DNA of 56,872 bases from assembly GCA_963575745.1 (NCBI GenBank), contig CAUYUJ010000058.1:62001-118872 (forward strand), given 5' to 3'. The notes under the pieces were generated by a model. The model was not told where the DNA came from and did no database searches. It saw only the letters and a list, made by a program, of their open reading frames with translations. Every line of letters starts with the position of its first letter. Within the stretch, counting starts at the first letter, position 1. This document shows, in pieces, positions 53,010-56,872 of the stretch. This stretch comes from Prorocentrum cordatum (lineage: Eukaryota). Position numbers and translations under genes: made by a program.

Positions 53010-55610
53010 AAGTCGGGCCTGGCCCTCCACAGGAGGGATGTTCAAAGATAGTCAACAAAAAATATGGGGACGATTTTTTTTTTTTTGTTTTGTTTTGCAA
53101 TTTTTGATTATTTTTTGGGGGGCATTTTTAGCCCAAACTCCCCCTGTAGGGGGACACGCCCGACTTAACACAAGCATGAGCTTCGGTCGGGAAGTTGGGC
53201 CGGGCCCTCCACAGGAGGAATGCTCAAAGATATAGTCAACAACAAATAGTCTGGGGACGATTTTTTGACCATTTTGGTGTATTTTTTTTTGGGGGGGGGT
53301 ATTTGTTGTCCAGAATGATACAAACATAGTCAAAAAGAGTACGCCCTCCACAGGAGGAATGTTCAAGGATAGTCAACAAAAATGGTATGGGGACGATTTT
53401 GTTGACCATTATCGCGTATTTTTTTGGGGGGGGGCACAAGCATGAAGTCCGGCCGGGCCCTCCACAGGAGGGATGCTCAAAGATAGTCAACCAAAAACTA
53501 GTATGGGGACGATTTTTTTGCAATTTTTGATTATTTTGGGGGGGGCATTTTTAGCCCAAACTCCCCCTGTAGGGGGACACGCCCGACTAAACACAAGCAT
53601 GAGCTTCGGTCGGGAAGTTGGGCCGGGCCCTCCACAGGAGGAATGCTCAAAGATATAGTCAACAACAAATAGTCTGGGGACGATTTTTTGACCATTTTGG
53701 TGTATTTTTTTTTTTGGGGGGGGGGGGGTATTTTTTGCCCAGAATGATACAAACATAGTCAAAAGAGTACGCCCTCCACAGGAGGAATGTTCAAGGATAG
53801 TCAACAAAAATGGTATGGGGACGATTTTGTTGACCATTATCGCGTATTTTTTTGGGGGGGGGCACAAGCATGAAGTCCGGCCGGGCCCTCCACAGGAGGG
53901 ATGCTCAAAGATAGTCAACCAAAAATAGTATGGGGACTATTTTTTTGCAATTTTTGATTATTTTTTGGGGGGCATTTTTAGCCCAAACTCCCCCTGTAGG
54001 GGGACACGCCCGACTTAACACAAGCATGAGCTTCGGTCGGGAAGTTGGGCCGGGCCCTCCACAGGAGGAATGCTCAAAGATAGTCAACAACAAATAGTCA
54101 GGGGACGATTTTTTAACCATTTTGGTGTATTTTTTTTTTTTGGGGGGGGGGTATTTTTTGCCCAGAATGATAGAAAATAGTCGAAAATAGTACGCCCTCC
54201 ACAGGAGGAATGCTCAAAGATAGTTAACCAAAAATAGTCTGGGGACGATTTTTTGACCATTTTGGTGTATTTTTGTTTGGGGGGGGGTATTTTTTCCCCA
54301 GAATGATACAAACATAGTCAAAAAGAGTACGCCCTCCACAGGAGGAATGTTCAAGGATAGTCAACAAAAATGGTATGGGGACGATTTTGTTGACCATTAT
54401 CGCGTATTTTTTTGGGGGGGGGCACAAGCATGAAGTCCGGCCGGGCCCTCCACAGGAGGGATGCTCAAAGATAGTCCGCAAAAATAGTATGGGGACGATT
54501 TTTTTTTTTTGTGTGCAATTTTTGATTATTTTTTGGGGGGCATTTTTAGCCCAAACTCCCCCTGTAGGGGGACACGGCCGACTTAACACAAGCATGAGCT
54601 TCGGTCGGGAAGTTGGGCCGGGCCCTCCACAGGAGGAATGCTCAAAGATAGTCAACAACAAATAGTCTGGGGACGATTGTTTGACCATTTTGGTGTATTT
54701 TTTTTGGGGGGATATTTTTCCCAGAATGATACAAACATAATCAAAAATAGTACGCACTCCACAGGAGGAGTGTTCAAGGATAGTCAACCAAAAACAGTCT
54801 GGGGACAATTTTGTTGACCATTTTTGAGTATTCTTTTGGGGGGACCACAAGCATGAAGTCCGGCCTGGCCCTCCACAGGAGGGATGTTCAAAGATAGTCC
54901 GCAAAAAGTACGGGGACGATTTTTTGACAATTTTTGATTTTTTTTGGGGGGGTCATTTTTAGCCCAAGCTCCCCCTGTAGGGGGACACGCCCGACTTAAC
55001 ACAAGCATGAGCTTGGGTCGGGAAGTCGGGCCTGGCCCTCCACAGGAGGAATGTTCAAAGATAGTCAACAACAAATAGTATGGGGACGATTTTTTGATAA
55101 TTTTTGCGTATTTCTTGGGGGGGGGTTATGCTTCGCCCAGAATGATAAAAACATAGTCAAAAAGAGTACGCCCTCCACAGGAGGAATGTTCAAGGATAAT
55201 CAACAAAAATGGTATGGGGACGATTTTGTTGACCATTATCGCGTATTTTTTGGGGGGTGGCACAAGCATGAAGTCCGGCCTGGCCCTCCACAGGAGGGAT
55301 GTTCAAATATAGTCCGCAAAAAGTATGGGGACGATTTTTTTGCAATTTTTGATTATTTTTTGGGGGGTCATTTTTAGCCCAAGCTCCCCCTGTAGGGGGA
55401 CACGCCCGACTTAACACAAGCATGAGCTTGGGTCGGGAAGTCGGGCCTGGCCCTCCACAGGAGGAATGTTCAAAGATAGTCAACAACAAATAGTCTGGGG
55501 ACGATTTTTTGGAAGTTTTTATATATTTTTTTGGGGTGTTCTCTTTTTCGCCCCAAATCCCCCTGCAGGGGGCCACGCCCGACTTAACACGAGCATGAGC
55601 TCCGGTCGGG
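53010..55610. repeat. Higher-order tandem satellite (~420-bp unit of three related ~115-180 bp subunits, ~6 units)
   Basis: About 18 CCCTCCACAGGAGG(A/G)ATG(C/T)TCAA(A/G)GATAGTC anchors. A diverged monomer lies at ~32450-32593. Confidence 0.93.
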
Positions 55611-55838
55611 AAGTGGCACATGCACAGTTCGGCGGCGAGCATGACTGGGTTTCCAAGCCGACGTCTCGGCAAATGAGCGACGCAGGAACACGGGGTCGTC
55701 TGTGCCGGCACTGGCGCGTAAGCTACCCGCGCAAGGTCGCGCGGAAGCGCCTTCGTCTACAGTGTGGCGTGCGGCGCCGGCGGCCCGCGTAGGCCACCGC
55801 GTAAGCTCGCTGCGGCATCTCGCTTCAGACCCCTCCAC

Positions 55839-56038
55839 TCGGCGGCGAGCGAGGGGGGAAGCGAGAAGGAGAAGGCCTTCTCAGAAGGCGGCGGGAGTTC
55901 TCAGAAGGCGGCGGGGCTTCTGAGAAGTGTTCTGTGTCTTCGGGGAATGCTCAGAAAACGTCTCAGAAAGGCCGAGCGATTTCCGAGCCTTCTGAGAAGG
56001 CCTTCTCCTTCTCACTTCCCCCCCTCGCTCGCCGCCGA
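55839..56038. mobile_element. MITE with ~50-bp TIRs
   Basis: TCGGCGGCGAGCGAGGGGGGAAGCGAGAAGGAGAAGGCCTTCTCAGAAGGC matches the reverse complement of 55987-56038. Confidence 0.8.
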
Positions 56039-56209
56039 TCTTCTCGGTAGCAAAGCATGGGAGCCTCGTGTACCCTCGTAATTCTGTCGATTAGCGTCAA
56101 CTAGCGTCTGGAAGGCGATGAGATAGCGTTGACTCAGCGTCGACTAGCGTCGATTGGCGTCGATTCAGCGTCGATTAGCGTCGATTTAGGGTCGGTTATC
56201 GTTGATTTA

Positions 56210-56790
56210 GCGTCGATGCATCTAGGCCTCCTAGATTGGGTCCGCGTAGATGGGGTCGGAGGGTCGTGCCGCATCGCCGATGCATCGGCGATGCGGCCGG
56301 GTGTGGGGCCCGATTGGCTTCACGCCGACGTCGCCGATGCATCGCCCACGTCGACGATGCATCGCATCGCCGATGCATCGCAGATATAGGCGATGCAGCG
56401 CGATCCTCCGACCCCATCTACTCGGAGCCCATCTACCAGTGCCGGATGCATCGCCGATGCATCGGCGATGCGGCGCGATTTTCCGACCCCATCTACTCGG
56501 ACCCCATCTACCAGTGGCGGGCTCTGGTTCAATCCCAAGACTCGAGGCCTCCTAGGTGGGGTCCGAGTAGATGGGGTCGCAGGATCGCGCCGCATCGCCG
56601 ATGCATCGGCGATGTGGCTCGATGCGGAGCCCCACTTTCTCCACGCGGTCTTCGCCAATGCGTCGCCGACATCGCCGATGCATCGCTGGTGCATCGCCGA
56701 TGCATCGCCGATTCATCGGCGATGTATCGGCGATACATCGGCGATGCGGCGCGATCCTCCGGCCCCATCTACTCCGACCCCTTCCAGGAG
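56210..56790. repeat. Palindromic GCATCGCCGATGCATCGGCGATGC repeat family (also ~51107-51322, degenerate at ~38390-38860)
   Basis: Repeated self-complementary 24-mer with inverted GAGTAGATGGGGTC / GACCCCATCTACTC arms. Confidence 0.8.
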
Positions 56791-56872
56791 GCCTCTGACA
56801 CTACCAGTGGCGGGCTGTTGTTCCATCCCAAGACTTTTTGAGCGCGTGTGTACAGCGGGGTCTCGCAAACAC

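Overview
This is repeat-saturated, GC-rich eukaryotic DNA. A dinoflagellate (Prorocentrum-like) origin is my inference from the repeat style, a probable GC splice donor and the retroelement type; the sequence does not prove it. The only long, complex coding region is a ~9.1 kb Ty1/copia LTR retrotransposon on the minus strand (19318-28387). It has ~215 bp LTRs, a tRNA primer-binding site, and gag/zinc knuckle, protease, integrase, RT and RNase H in copia order, with several frameshifts. Its most striking feature is a complete-looking C5 cytosine DNA methyltransferase-like domain fused in frame between protease and integrase (motifs ELYASG, GFPC, ENP, QC..KKPTRF, GNW..LAKTIMDG). It also has a transmembrane-containing extension after RNase H and no normal polypurine tract. 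The rest of the window holds microsatellites (a ~7 kb (TAG)n tract, plus (GAG)n, (CATA)n and (CCTCAG)n), tandem satellites (73, ~83, ~102 bp and a ~420 bp higher-order repeat) and many small inverted-repeat elements. Two satellite-carrying insertions sit in A/T runs with no target duplication, as rolling-circle (Helentron-like) elements do. There is also a dispersed T-shaped palindrome family and one probable host exon encoding a SAM domain. Most ORFs in the supplied track are translations of low-complexity repeats. A 100-N gap lies at 36176-36275. All domain calls and percent identities were made by eye, without database searches.
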